From Octopus bimaculoides (Eukaryota): a DNA stretch of 63,947 nucleotides. This document shows, piece by piece, positions 1-13,150 of this stretch. The translations under genes were made by a program, and so were the position numbers. Under the pieces are notes generated by a model. The model had not been told where the DNA came from, made no database searches, and was given only the letters and a program-made list of their open reading frames with translations. Position 1 is the first letter of the stretch. Every line of letters starts with the position of its first letter. The stretch lies in assembly GCF_001194135.2 (NCBI RefSeq), contig NC_068981.1, positions 104,225,760 to 104,289,706 on the forward strand. Reading direction: 5' to 3'.

Positions 1-1308
1 AAATTGTTCCTTCCAGCAGTGTAACTACTATTCATGATCCATCATCTCTAAACCATGCTGTCCCTCTTTCCCTTCCAAATTGTTTGAATCTCATGCCATC
101 GTTATCCAGTCTACTCTCTATACATACACACAAAAATTTGTCTTTCTTTTTATTCTTTTCCTTTTATTAACTCACAAATCTCTCCAGATTTTTTTTTTAA
201 TTTTATTATTCTTTTAGTTTTTTTTTTTTCTTTAAATGATTCTAGAGAAAGTCCTCCCAGAAAAAAAAATGTAAATCTATAATCAAAAGTAAGAAAACAG
301 ACTCATTGCCAAGTTTTATTTTTTGTTGGTTTTGGGATTTTTTTTGTCTTTTTCTTTATTTTTATTGTTAAGTAATAAGCTGAGCTGGAAGAGAATTCCG
401 GCTGTAAATACACAAGTTTTGTTTAAAATATGTCTGTAACAGTTTTCAAACTTCCATCAGAGATCCATTACCTGCTTAGAATTGAATAGAAATGGAGAAG
501 AAATCACTGAAAACTCACAAAATTGCTAACAAGAAAACAATGCTAAAGAGAAAACAATTGGTTATTGTATATTACTTATCCATTTTATCTTCTGCTTTTC
601 TCTTTTTCTTTTTACCACCATTTTTTTTTTCTCACCTTTATAATCACCAATACACTTTCTTGCCACATTATGACAGGTGGGAAGGTAAACCTTTATTCAT
701 TATTGATTTCATTGGTAGGCACAAGACTAAGGTGTATAATTTATATAAAAATAGGAAGTTGTGTAGTGGCTATACTTCATTTTCTTTTTTTGGAGGGAAT
801 TGCGTGGTGGACTTAATTTCTCACTTAGTTTAACACCACCAGCTGTGGTCCTTGGGTTACATTCATGCTACATTCATCTGGGCTAAGTCTGTAGTTTCCA
901 GGTACCTTCCTTAGTTTTAGTAACCTTTTTCAGGGTCTCCCTCCTGATAATTCCTTTAGTATTTAAACCAGCAATATCAGGTTTAAATATTTTATCTATT
1001 GTACATTCAAACTGGCCAGATCCCGCCTACCCTACACTGTTATTCTAATTGTAAACCTCATTGAAATCTCAAAACTGTGAGATAATGCATGATTACTTCA
1101 AAACAATGTGATAAAGAAACATCACTTTTAATAAGAAATATGAATGCTGAAGGGTTAAGCAATAAATAAGATAGCACTGCAATTAAACTGAAATATCTGC
1201 AAGTAAGTATTGAACCCTTATGACGACTTCACTTTGTCGGGAGTTTACTTTCTTGTGCTATAGTTATAGTCTGGTATTTTTAGGTCCCTTACCCCACCCC
1301 CTTGTGAA

Positions 1309-1640
1309 GGCGCATGGCTCAGTGGTTAGAGCATCAAGCTTATGATCATGAGGTTGTGAGTTCGAATCCCGGACCAGGCTGCATGTTGTTTTCTTGAGCA
1401 AGACACTTTATTTCACATTGCTCCAGTTCACTCAGCTGTTGAAATGAGTTGCGATGTCACAGGTACCAAACTATATCAGCCTTTGCCTTTCCCTTGGATA
1501 ACACTGGTGGCATGGAGAGGGGAGGCCGGTATGCATGTGCGACTGCTGGTCTTCAATAAACAACCTTGCCCAGACTTGTGCCTGGGAGGGTAACTTCCTA
1601 GGTGCAATCCCATGGTCAGTCATGACTGAAGGGGATCTCC
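1309..1640 (+). mobile_element. SINE family C (tRNA-derived head)
   Basis: TGGCTCAGTGG (A box) and GTTCGAATCC (B box), followed by a body of about 260 bp shared with 44328-44657. Confidence 0.85.
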
Positions 1641-2700
1641 ACACCCCACCCCCCAAAAAAATTTGCTGGCATCATGCCACAATTTGAAATCAATATAACT
1701 GATTGTTTGATTAAGCAATATTATTGAGATCAAGTCAACTTCTAAGGGTTGTGAAAAGAAAATTGAGAACCTTTCCATTGTGTCCCTCTTTCAAGTATCT
1801 TGTACTAAGTGCAATCTCACAAGAATCCTCTTTAGTTCGCTAACACAACTTCCAAATGCCAGTCTCCCCTACTCAGAAAATAATATTAGTGAAATTATTC
1901 GCAGTCACTTTTTAGTAATAAGAAGTCAAAGCAGAATTACTTCCATATCATCCTTCTTTGTTTGCTGTGGTGTTGGTCAAATTTTTTTTTTAAAAGTTAA
2001 ATGTACACAGTCCCATTGCATGGCACTTTGGGCAGGTCTCTACTACTATAGCCTGAGGCCAACCAAAGCCTTGTGAGTAGATTTGGTAGATGGAAACTGA
2101 AAGAAGCCCAACGTGTGTGTGTGCCTGTGTTGTATGTGTGTGTGTCTTTGTGTCTGTGTTTGTCCCCCTACCAGTATTGGTGTGTTTACATCCCTGTAAC
2201 TTAGCAGTTCAGCAAAATAGATCAATAGAATAAGTACCAGGCTTAAGCCTGAAAAAGTACTGGGGGTCAATTCGTTCAACTAAAAATTCTACAAGGTAGT
2301 GTCCCAGCATGGCTGCAATTTAATGACTGAAACAAGTAAAAGGTAAATATATATTTATCACACCCTTTTATCCCTTTCAATCCTCTCAGTCCTCACTTCT
2401 CACGAGGAACACTGTATTAACATAATTAGTTCAACAGTTGGAAGACATATAACAAAGAACCTTAGAGTTGTGTTTTTAATCTGACATGTTTATTTATTCT
2501 TTTTTTTACCAGAGAGATAACTCTTGAAAGTATACTTACTAAAATGCAACTAGATGTTTGTAATTGCTAAGATTCATTTGTACCTTTTTTTTGTTTCTGT
2601 TGTTGTTATTATATTGCAATGTATTGCAAAAATGAGAAAAATGAGAACAGCTTTATTTTAACCCTTTAATATTTGGATTACTCTGTCAAATGTAATGCTT

Positions 2701-2920
2701 GGGAGTGGGTGCTGAAAAGTTCCTAGCTTTGGGTAACAGAAAATACAGGAGGATCAGTTAATTATGATTTTATTCAGCATTTTTCCCTCTCAGATTCACA
2801 CACTTATTGTAGTGGTTCTTCAATTTTTTTGCTAAGCCCTGTAAAAGAACTCAGAAGGTTGGTCCTCCAACAAGGCCTTTTACAATACCCTTAAAACCAG
2901 GAACTTTTCAGCAACCCCCA
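2701..2920. mobile_element. Mariner-like MITE nested in a TTAA MITE
   Basis: TIRs GGGTGCTGAAAAGTTCCT (2707-2724) and AGGAACTTTTCAGCAACCCC (2899-2918). Host MITE sequence continues on both sides. Confidence 0.75.
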
Positions 2921-5524
2921 TATATATTCACGTTCTTTTGCATTAATCATGCATTATCTCAAAGCTCTGAGAGATTCTGATGATGTGATTTGTATTCATT
3001 TAAAATGACATCATAGGGTAGGTGTGAGAGGCCAGATCTGTTCAGTTTGGATATAAAACAGTTAGAATATTTTGGCCAAATACAGCTGTTTTAAATGCTA
3101 AAGAGTTAAACTTGATTACTGCATATGTAACTAATGACAGGGTTCCCAGAATGAAGTAAAGTTACCTCCAGGAGGATATATTTTGCTAATCCAGGAGATA
3201 AATTTAGATCATCATCATTTAACGTCCGCTTTCCATGCTAGCATGGGTTGGACGATTTGACTGAGGACTGGTGAAACCAGATGGCTACACCAGGCTCCAA
3301 TCTGATTTGGCAGAGTTTCTACAGCTGGATGCCCTTCCTAATGCCAACCACTCAGAGAGTGTAGTGGGTGCTTTTACGTGCCACTGGCACGAAGGCCAGT
3401 CAGGCGGTAAGGATAAGAACCTTGCTTCCCAACCATATGCTTCTTGGTTCAGTCCCACTGTGTGGCACCTTGGACAAGTGTCTTCTACTATAGCCTCAGA
3501 CCAACCAAAGCCTTGTGAGTGGAGTTCGTAAACAGAAATTGAAAGAAGCCCATCATATATATGTGTGTGTCTGTGTTTGTCCCCCTCCACCATCGCTTGA
3601 CAACTGATATACCCATAGCTTACGATCCAGCAAAAGACACCGGTAGAATAAGTACTAGGCTTACTAAGTATAAGTCCTGAGGTTCATTTCTTCAACTAAA
3701 ACCCTTTAAGGCGGTGCTCCGGCATTGCTGCAGTCAAATGACTGAAACACGTAAAAGAATAAAAGAAAATAGTTTTATTTTTCAGTAATAATTATAAAAC
3801 TGAGGTTGAAAAAAAAAATTGAGGTAGGAATATTTTGCGAAAAAATTATAATATTTTTTTCTTCCTACCTCTTTAGATTTAATGACTTGTATTTATCTGT
3901 TACCATTTTTTTTTTTTTACTTGTTTTAAATTACTAAATGAAACAAAGTGGGGAATAAATTTACTATCAAAACTGTGCTGAGGAATAAAAGAGAATGGAA
4001 AGCCCTGAATTATATTATTATATTGTATTTTCTATATATATAGATATATTTACTAATGTATTATATTATGTCATATAAATCTAACAGTTATCATGAGGAA
4101 GGAAAATATGGGATAGGTAACACATTTATACATGTGTGCATGTATGTGTGTGTGTATATATACATACACACACACACACACACACATATATACATATATG
4201 GTCATGAGTGTATGTATACAAGTATGTGTGTGTGTGTACACATACACACACGTCTGTTTAGTGTTAAGTACTAAATATGTGTGTATGCACATCTGCATAC
4301 ACATATATTTACTTATATATTTATATAAGGGTACACACGCACACACACATACACATATATACTGTGGGTGCTGGTGCTATGTAAAAAGCACCTGTGCCAC
4401 ATAGAAACTTCCTATGCTGGTGCCACATAAAGCGGTTGGTGTTAGGAAGGGCATTCACCCATAGAAACCATGCTAAAGAAAATTGGAGCCTGATGCAGCT
4501 CTCCAGCTTACCAGTTCTAGTCAAACCATCCAACTCATGCAAGCATGGAAAGCAACATTAAATGATGATGATACACACACACACATAAACATTATATAGA
4601 TAGATAGATAGATAGATACACATTTATCCCCCTTTTCATCATCATCATCATTTAATGTTCATGTTCTATGCTGGCATATATGTATACTCTCTCTCTCTCT
4701 CTTACACACACACACATGTATATATGAGTCTTTTTGTGTGTCTATCATTTTATCGTTGCCTTTCTGTCAGAACTCATCCAATTCTTACAATAATCAGATT
4801 GGGAATCTGCTCTTTCCACCCCAACCCACTGATGCCTACCGCCACTGCCACCCCACCATTCAAAGCACCCAAAAACACCACCCCAACCCACTGAGAATAG
4901 TTCCGGCAGTAAACAGCCATTGGGAATTAACAAAGCATTAAGACTGCGCTGTAGTTCCCACTGTTTACCAGGAAATTCTGGCTTGTATTAAATTACCCAG
5001 GCCCATTAGTAACGAGAGAGATAGATATACAGACTGAGTGAGTGAGTGTGAGAGTGAGAGTGAGAGAGAGAGAGAGAGAGAGAGAAAGTGATAGAAAAAT
5101 ATGTAAAGAGACAGACAGGAATAACAGGCTGAGAGCAGAGTGAGATGTTTCAGAATGAGGCATTAGGCTGTTAACATTGCTCTACTTTCACAGAATTTCT
5201 CATGTGTTTGGGTGTGTGTGGATGTACGAACAAGAGAAAAAGGGGTACTCAATACATACAGCAAGGTTTATTTCATTCATTAGAAACTAAAGCTGTTTAG
5301 TTTCTAAGCTCTTTACTTTCTAAGCTTTTTACTGTCTTTCTACCATATTAAGTGTTTTACCATACTATGTCATGTTCTTCCTTTACAAGTAATAAAGCTT
5401 CAACTGAATATATATTTGAATATAAATATAGGTGTATATGTGTGCATGTGTGTGTCTGTGCATACATGTGTATGCATATACATACACACACACACACACA
5501 CATTATATATATATATATATATAT

Positions 5525-6040
5525 NNNNNNNNNNNNNNNNNNNNNNNNNNNNNNNNNNNNNNNNNNNNNNNNNNNNNNNNNNNNNNNNNNNNNNNNNNNN
5601 NNNNNNNNNNNNNNNNNNNNNNNNNNNNNNNNNNNNNNNNNNNNNNNNNNNNNNNNNNNNNNNNNNNNNNNNNNNNNNNNNNNNNNNNNNNNNNNNNNNN
5701 NNNNNNNNNNNNNNNNNNNNNNNNNNNNNNNNNNNNNNNNNNNNNNNNNNNNNNNNNNNNNNNNNNNNNNNNNNNNNNNNNNNNNNNNNNNNNNNNNNNN
5801 NNNNNNNNNNNNNNNNNNNNNNNNNNNNNNNNNNNNNNNNNNNNNNNNNNNNNNNNNNNNNNNNNNNNNNNNNNNNNNNNNNNNNNNNNNNNNNNNNNNN
5901 NNNNNNNNNNNNNNNNNNNNNNNNNNNNNNNNNNNNNNNNNNNNNNNNNNNNNNNNNNNNNNNNNNNNNNNNNNNNNNNNNNNNNNNNNNNNNNNNNNNN
6001 NNNNNNNNNNNNNNNNNNNNNNNNNNNNNNNNNNNNNNNN
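5525..6040. other. Assembly gap (N)
   Basis: Other gaps: 21191-21288, 22889-23396, 24123-24845, 25868-25976, 28215-28324, 36774-36783, 42639-42739, 43903-44135, 63136-63305. Most abut (AT)n. Confidence 1.
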
Positions 6041-6354
6041 NACCACACTTCCTGTTTAACACATAAACTCTCAGCCTTTTTTAAATACAATATTCTTAAT
6101 TCCATGCATCCTAATCTATCTAACAATTATCTACATGGATTACCATTGAACTTTAAAAGCTCAAAGACAATATAATGTATTGGTATATTTTTTTTTTATA
6201 TATTGTTTATATTTTGGTAAAAAACATTATTTTCATTTCCCCTCTTCTTGAAAGTTTGCCATGCAATGAAAGCCGGTTAGAAATCCTTTTTAATCCTCCT
6301 TATACACATCTATATTAAAATATGCTTTGAGTTTAGCATTCTGCCTTATTATTA

Positions 6355-6413
<59 letters not shown>

Positions 6414-6669
6414 TATTTTCCTATATATATATATATATATATATATACACAATATGCATACACACATGTACACATATTTCTGCCACTCAAACACACGCAT
6501 ACATAGGCACAGGCATAGCTGTATGGTAAGAAGTTTGCTTCCCAACCACATTGTTTCAGGTTCAGCCCACTGTGTGACGCCTTGGACTAGTACCTTCAAC
6601 TATGGTCTTGACCCAACCAACGCCTTGTGAGTGGATTTGGTTTATGGAAACTGAAAGAGGCCCTTTGTA

Positions 6670-6712
<43 letters not shown>

Positions 6713-7702
6713 ATATCTCCCACCACCACTTAACAACTGGTGTTGTTGTATTTACATCCCTGTAACTTTTCAGGTTCAGCAAAAGAGGCCTATAGAATAA
6801 GTACCAGGCTTGAAAAAAAAAGTACCAGGGACAATTCATTCAACTAAAAATTCTTCAAGGTGGTGCTCCAGCATGGCTGCAATCTAATAACTGAAACAAG
6901 TAAAAGATAAAAGATATATCATTTATATATCTACAAATGCACTCACACAAACATAGATAGTGAAAGAGAATGAGTTGTATGGCTAGTTTATTTTCTTAAC
7001 ATGGTTTATTCATGTGATCAGTAATATGCAGCCTCTTTGCCCTAAAACCATTCATAAATATAGGTGTGTGCATGTCTGTGCTTGTGCACAGGCATGCATT
7101 GGTGAACTCAAAACATGAGAGTGTAATGAGAACTACCATTCCACTGAAGCTTCATCTGATCAGCAAGACCCAGCATAGTAGTCTGCTGCCCCCTACCTCC
7201 CAAGATTCAGCAAACTTGGGACCACAAGTGATCTAGATTTTCTGGTTTTCTAGAGGCAACCTAAATATACACTTAAAATGTAAAATAAACTATGAAAAGT
7301 AAAGAACTAAATTATGTTTAACAGATTTAAGTTAAAACATTTCTAGAGAAGGGTCTGTTTGATATTAATTAATCCACTTAAAATTCTCAACATATACTGT
7401 ATTATATATATAGTATAATGTTTATAGGATGAAAATTAAATGAAGAAAAGTAAAAAACAAGATTTTATTCAACAGACACAGTACAAATTAATACAACCCT
7501 AAAGCAAAATATGTTTAATCTTTATCAATCCACATAGAAAAAGGAAGCAGGCATGGCTGTGTGGTAAGAAACTTCCTTCCCAACCACATGGTTCCAGGTT
7601 CCCAGTGTGTGGCACCTTGGGCAAGTGTCTTCTATTATAGCCTCAGGCCAACCAAAGCCTTGTGAGTGGATTTGGTAGACGGAAACTGAAAAAAAGTCCC
7701 TC

Positions 7703-7753
<51 letters not shown>

Positions 7754-9144
7754 CACACACACACACACACACACATATATATTCCCCTCTGTGTTGGCCT
7801 CTTGTGGGCAATAAAAAAGAAAATCACACATATATATATGTATGTGTGTTTCTGTGTTTGTTTCTCCATAATCACCTAATAACTGATTAGCAGTTTGACA
7901 AAAGCAACCGATAGAATCAGTACTAGGCTTACAAAGAATAAGTCCTGGAGTTGATTATTTTGACTAAAACCCTTTTAGGCAGTTCTCCAGCATGGCCACA
8001 GTCAAATGACTGAAACAAATAAAAAAAGAATAAAAGAACAGAAAAAAGAAGGAATGAAGCTATTTTTAACATATTGTACACAAATTAATGAACTTAAAAA
8101 ACAAAATCTGTTTACTTAATATATGATAGAGTATATTGCACAATATTTCTGGAAGCCAGATAAGCACTCCAATATTGAATAAATGCTTATTTTAATAATG
8201 ATTATCTTAAAGCTGGATTAGATTTATGCCTACTTCACTTACAGTAGATATAAATATTATTCCATTTTCTCTTGTCTATCTTATAATTTCTTCCTTTTCC
8301 TTTTTTCTGGCTTCTTCGACATTTTCTTTTTGAAGTATCTTTTACTTGTTTCAGTCATTGGGTCATGGCCATGCCAGAACACTGTTGTGAAGGATTTGGT
8401 GGAACAAATTGCCCACAATACGAATTTTTTGAAGTCTGGCACTTATTCTATTGGTCTTTCGTGTTGAACCACTATGCTACAGGGACATAAACAAACCAGC
8501 ACTGATTGTCAAATGGTGGGGTTGACAGACACAAAGACACACACACACATATCTATCTTTTTTTTTTTATCTTTTACATGTTTCAGTCATTAGACTGCAG
8601 CTATGCTGGGGCACAACTTTGAAGAAATTTTTAGTTGAACGAATCAACCCCATATATATGTGTATTTGTATATATTTATTCATTTATTCATTTATGTATA
8701 TTAGATATATGAAGCGACATCCCATCCCAAAATAAAAGTATCTTAAAAAGTCAAAAAACATCATGACCTTGCAGGTGAGGCCCAGTTAGAATTTTCTTCA
8801 GGTCAAGTAGCTTATCTAAACGGTCCCTGTTTAAGGATAATGAATGACACACCCATGTTTACAGGGGTGAATTATTCAAACCCCAAAGGAACCCTCTCAA
8901 CATGTGGCTATGATGCTCCCCCACTACTCCAGCTCATGATCAGAGATGTGCATATTGTCAGCCACCAAGGGACAAACTCAACTGGTTATGGTCAACCAAC
9001 TGACTAGCAAATCTGTGGTATTGAGCAGAATATTTGTTGTAGCCCATCTTTCTTTTACAAAGACAAAATATGTACATGTTAACACTTCCAATCAGTTTAA
9101 GGTCAGAAACCATGAGAGAACCTGCCTGATATTGCATGAGTATG

Positions 9145-9189
<45 letters not shown>

Positions 9190-9769
9190 GTTATTATTAT
9201 CAATATTAATATTAAAAAGGCAGCAAGCTGGCAGAATTGTTAGCATGTTAGGTAAAATGCTTAGCGATATTGCGCCCATCTTTATGTTCTGAGTTCAAAT
9301 TCCGCCAAGGTCAACTTTGCCTTTCATCCCTTCAGGGTCGCTAAATTAAGTACCAGTGAAACTCAGGGGTCGATGTAACTGACTAGTCCCCTCCCCAAAA
9401 ATTTCAGGCCTTGTGCCTTTAGTAGAAAAGATTATTACTATTATCATTAAAGTGGCAAGCTGGTAGACTTGTTAGCCCGCTAGGTGAAATGCTTAGTGGT
9501 ATTTCATCTGCTGCTACATTCTAAGTTCAGATTCCACCAAGATCAACTTTGCCTTTCATCCTTTCAGGGTCAAGATTGTTTGAGGAAGAGTGAGAGAGAA
9601 ATAGAGATTGTTAGAAAGAGAGAGAGAGTGAGTCATGATGACGTTAATTTTGTGTTTTTAAATGTTTATCAAATCGCAAGAAAAGTAGAAACATCTATCA
9701 AAAGAAAAAGTTGATACATAGATACACATACACATTGTTAAATTAAAAGCAGGAGAGAGGAGGGACACA

Positions 9770-9923
9770 GAGGAAGTGAAAGTCAAAGAGAAAGAGAGAG
9801 AGACAGCAGATACACACACTTCCTTTTGACAAAGAGTCCAGAACTCCAACTAAAGAGTATAAAACCCACAGAATTGTCTTCCCTTACCCATACTTCCTGT
9901 TTTGACACAACACTTCCTGTTTA
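9770..9923 (+). promoter_or_regulatory. Candidate promoter/enhancer: ETS-type motif cluster plus TATA-like box
   Basis: GAGGAAGTGAAAGT 9770-9783, CACTTCC 9817-9823, TATAAAA 9858-9864, ACTTCCTGTT at 9892, CACTTCCTGT at 9911. Motif evidence only. Confidence 0.3.
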
Positions 9924-10729
9924 ACACAAACTTTCAGCCTTTTTTAAACACAACACTAATCTTAATTACATGCATCCTAATCTTTCTAACAATTATCTAC
10001 ATGGATTACCATTGAACTTTAAAAGCTCAATGTATTGGTATATTAATTTTTTTATATATTTTTTATTTTTTGTAAAAAAATTATTTTCATTTTCCCTGTT
10101 CTTGAAAATTTGCCATGCAATGAAAGCCGGTTAATATGCTAGAAAAAGATCACTTAAAAAATTTTTCTAGCACATTAACAGACCACTTAATGGTCTCTGT
10201 TATATACACAAGTACTATAATCCTTTTAGGATCTCGGAAAATTTTTTTCTGAACCTTCTGATTCTTTTAATGTGCTGGTTTCCTGGTATTAAATTGATAT
10301 TAATTAATATCAAATTTTTACCCTATCATGTTAATTAACCATAATCACATTTCTCAAAGTTGGTAAATTCAAAGCAGAAATTATTTTCTGCAGAGATATT
10401 TCCGGATTCAACATGCCAAAACTAAGACTTTTGAATTTTACTCTTTATAATGGATAGAATCACATGCACGTTTTCACTGGTTGGAGACAACTAGCACGAG
10501 ATTTTGTTCGATTATAATAATATCGGCAATTTGTACTGATGATAAATAGATACTTTCATTAGAAAGTGTTGCTTTTGAAACTATAGTCTACAGGTAATCG
10601 AGGTATTTATAATTTTCACTGGTCTCGCCTGCCTGTTTTTGCTCCGCTGAATCTTTCTTTGAGAATTTTTTAAGTGATCTTTTTCTAGCACATTAACAGA
10701 CCACTTAGTGATCTCTGCTATATACACAA

Positions 10730-10764
<35 letters not shown>

Positions 10765-12202
10765 TTTTTCACTGGTCCAGGTAGTTGATATGGTTATTAT
10801 TATTATTTTTATCATTATTATTGTTATTATTATTATTCAGGTGGTGTGCTGGCAGAATTGTTAGCATACTACACGAAATGCTTAGTGGTATTTCGCCTGC
10901 CACTATGTTCTGAGTTCAAATTCTGCCAAGATCAACTTTGCATTTCATTCTTTTGGGGTCGATAAATTAAGTACCAGTGAAACAGTGGAGTCGATGTGAT
11001 TAACTAGCCCACTCACCCCAAAATTACAGGCATTTTGCCTTTAGTAGAAAGGATTATTATTGTTATCATTATGATTATTATTCAGTAGTCTTAATTTTAT
11101 TGAGTGCTTTCACTGTGCAACCGAATACAGCTTTGTGTACTTTGGATATATACAGAGCATTTTTTTAGTTTTCTATTGACAGTACTTTATGTAATATTTA
11201 TGCAAAGCAATATTAATGTCATATATGAAAGTTACAGGATTACAGTTACATATTTGTTTTCATGTTTTTTTAATCATTCCCAAGGCACCTATTATACAAA
11301 TTATTTGTTTTGTCCCTTGCATTCTCCTATTCTTTTAAAGATACATTATTATTTGTTGGGACATGATTGTCTGTTGGGATCATCATCATCTTCATTATAT
11401 AGATTGCTTTTAAGTCACAGTATCACAATGTCTTATATTTTGTCTTCTTACATTCTGAGTTCAAACTTCTGTTAAAATCAGCTTTGTCATTCATCTCTTC
11501 AGAAGAGCAATTATATAAAGTCCAAGCATTAGTGAAGAGTCATTTTACTCAATTAACCTTTATATTATCATATTTTCTGTTGAAAAATACACTACCTTTA
11601 TTTCAATTAATTTCAAAAATAATTAAGAATTTTATAAAAATAACTTTGTCATTATCATTATTAAGCTGGTGTTTTTAACATAAAAGTTTGACTAAGGTTT
11701 TTATTTAAATCACTTTAAAACAGGAAGTTTGTATCACAGAACCATGGGTGGTCTCAGGCAAGTTGATTTCAAAAAGGATAAACCCTTCTTGCATTTCGAA
11801 GTCTTTGTATGTGAAATTTATTGTTTTTTTTAAACATCTTTCATTAATAGGCGCAGGCAATGCTGTAGTAAGAACTTGCTTTTCAACCACATAGTTCTAT
11901 GTTCAGTCCCACTGCATGGCATTTCTACTATAGCTTTGAACCAACCAAAGCCTTGTGTGTGTGTGTCTTTGTATCTTTGTCTGTCCCCACCCTCACCGCT
12001 TGACAACCAGTGTTGGTGTGTTTATGTCACCATAACTTAGTGGCTTGACAAAAGAGACTGATAGAAAAAGTACTAGGCTTAAAAAGTAAGTACTGGGGTC
12101 GATTTCTTCAACTAAAACCCTTCAGGCTAGTATGCATACACACATACAGAAACACACATATATATACATGACGGGTTTCAGTTTCCATCCACTCACAAGG
12201 CA

Positions 12203-13150
12203 TTGGTCAGCCCAAACCTTATTAGTGCAGTCTGGAGGGATGGTGCAATCCCTAAGGACTGGAAGGATGCAATTATTCTTCCTCTATATAAAGGAAAAGG
12301 AGCCAGAACAATGTGTGGTAGCTACAGAGCTATTGCTCTACTATCAACTGCTGGCAAGGTTCTGGCAAATATTCTTCTTACCCGTCTGAATGGGTGTCTC
12401 GTAAATGATGCCCTGTCTGAATCTCAATGTAGCTTCCAATCTGGTAGAGGTACAATGGATATGATTTTCGCAGCAAGACAGATGCAGGAGAAGTGCTATG
12501 AGCAGAATATGGATCTTGTCCAGGTATTCATTGATTTTACAAAGGCCTTTGATATTGTAAATAGGGCCTTTCTATGGAAAATACTTGGCAAACTTGGATG
12601 TCCGGATCACTTTGTATCTATAATTAAATCATTTCATGATGGGATGGAGGTTTGGGTCAATGTTGGTGGTGGCATGGCAGGACCCATTCCTGTAGAGAAT
12701 GGTGTCAAACAGGGTGACATCCTTCCCCCAACTCTCTTTTCTTTGTACTTTGCTGCTGCTTTTACTCATGCTTTTGCTAAGGTTAGCTCTCTGGGAATAT
12801 ATGTCAGATATCGATCTTCTGGCTGCTTCTTTAATCTTCGCCGATTTGCTGCCAATTCAAAGGTTCTCCAGTCTATTATTCATGACCTCCTTTATGCAGA
12901 TGACTGTGACTTAGTCACTCATACAGTGGATGACATGCAAATACTCATGAATTGCATTTCTGCTTCTTGCAAGACATTTGGACTTAGCATTTGCCTGGAC
13001 AAGACTGTTGTAATGTTCCAGCCTGTACCAGGAAATCCATATGTGAAACCAGCTATCTTGGTTGAAGGAACAATTCTGAAGGTAGTGGACAAGTTTGTCT
13101 ACCTAGGCAGCACACTCAGCCGTTCTTGCTCCCTTGCAGAGAGCAACTAA
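12203..13150 (+). pseudogene. RTE reverse transcriptase, N-terminal segment (315 aa open frame)
   Basis: RT motifs including YADD. The first codons come from an adjacent SINE fragment, and the frame breaks just after YLGSTLSRSCSL. Confidence 0.9.

Noticed and set aside
492-833. 113-aa ORF
   Set aside because: Compositionally biased A/T runs with no family signature.
1309-1385. SINE heads as functional tRNA genes
   Set aside because: A and B boxes are present, but they run into SINE bodies and lack a proper acceptor stem.
5352-6175. Long ORFs spanning N-gaps (also near 22839-25110, 28000-28650, 43842-44165, 63024-63450)
   Set aside because: They are open only because of N runs and (AT)n/(CA)n repeats, which give YI, HT and CV dipeptide strings.
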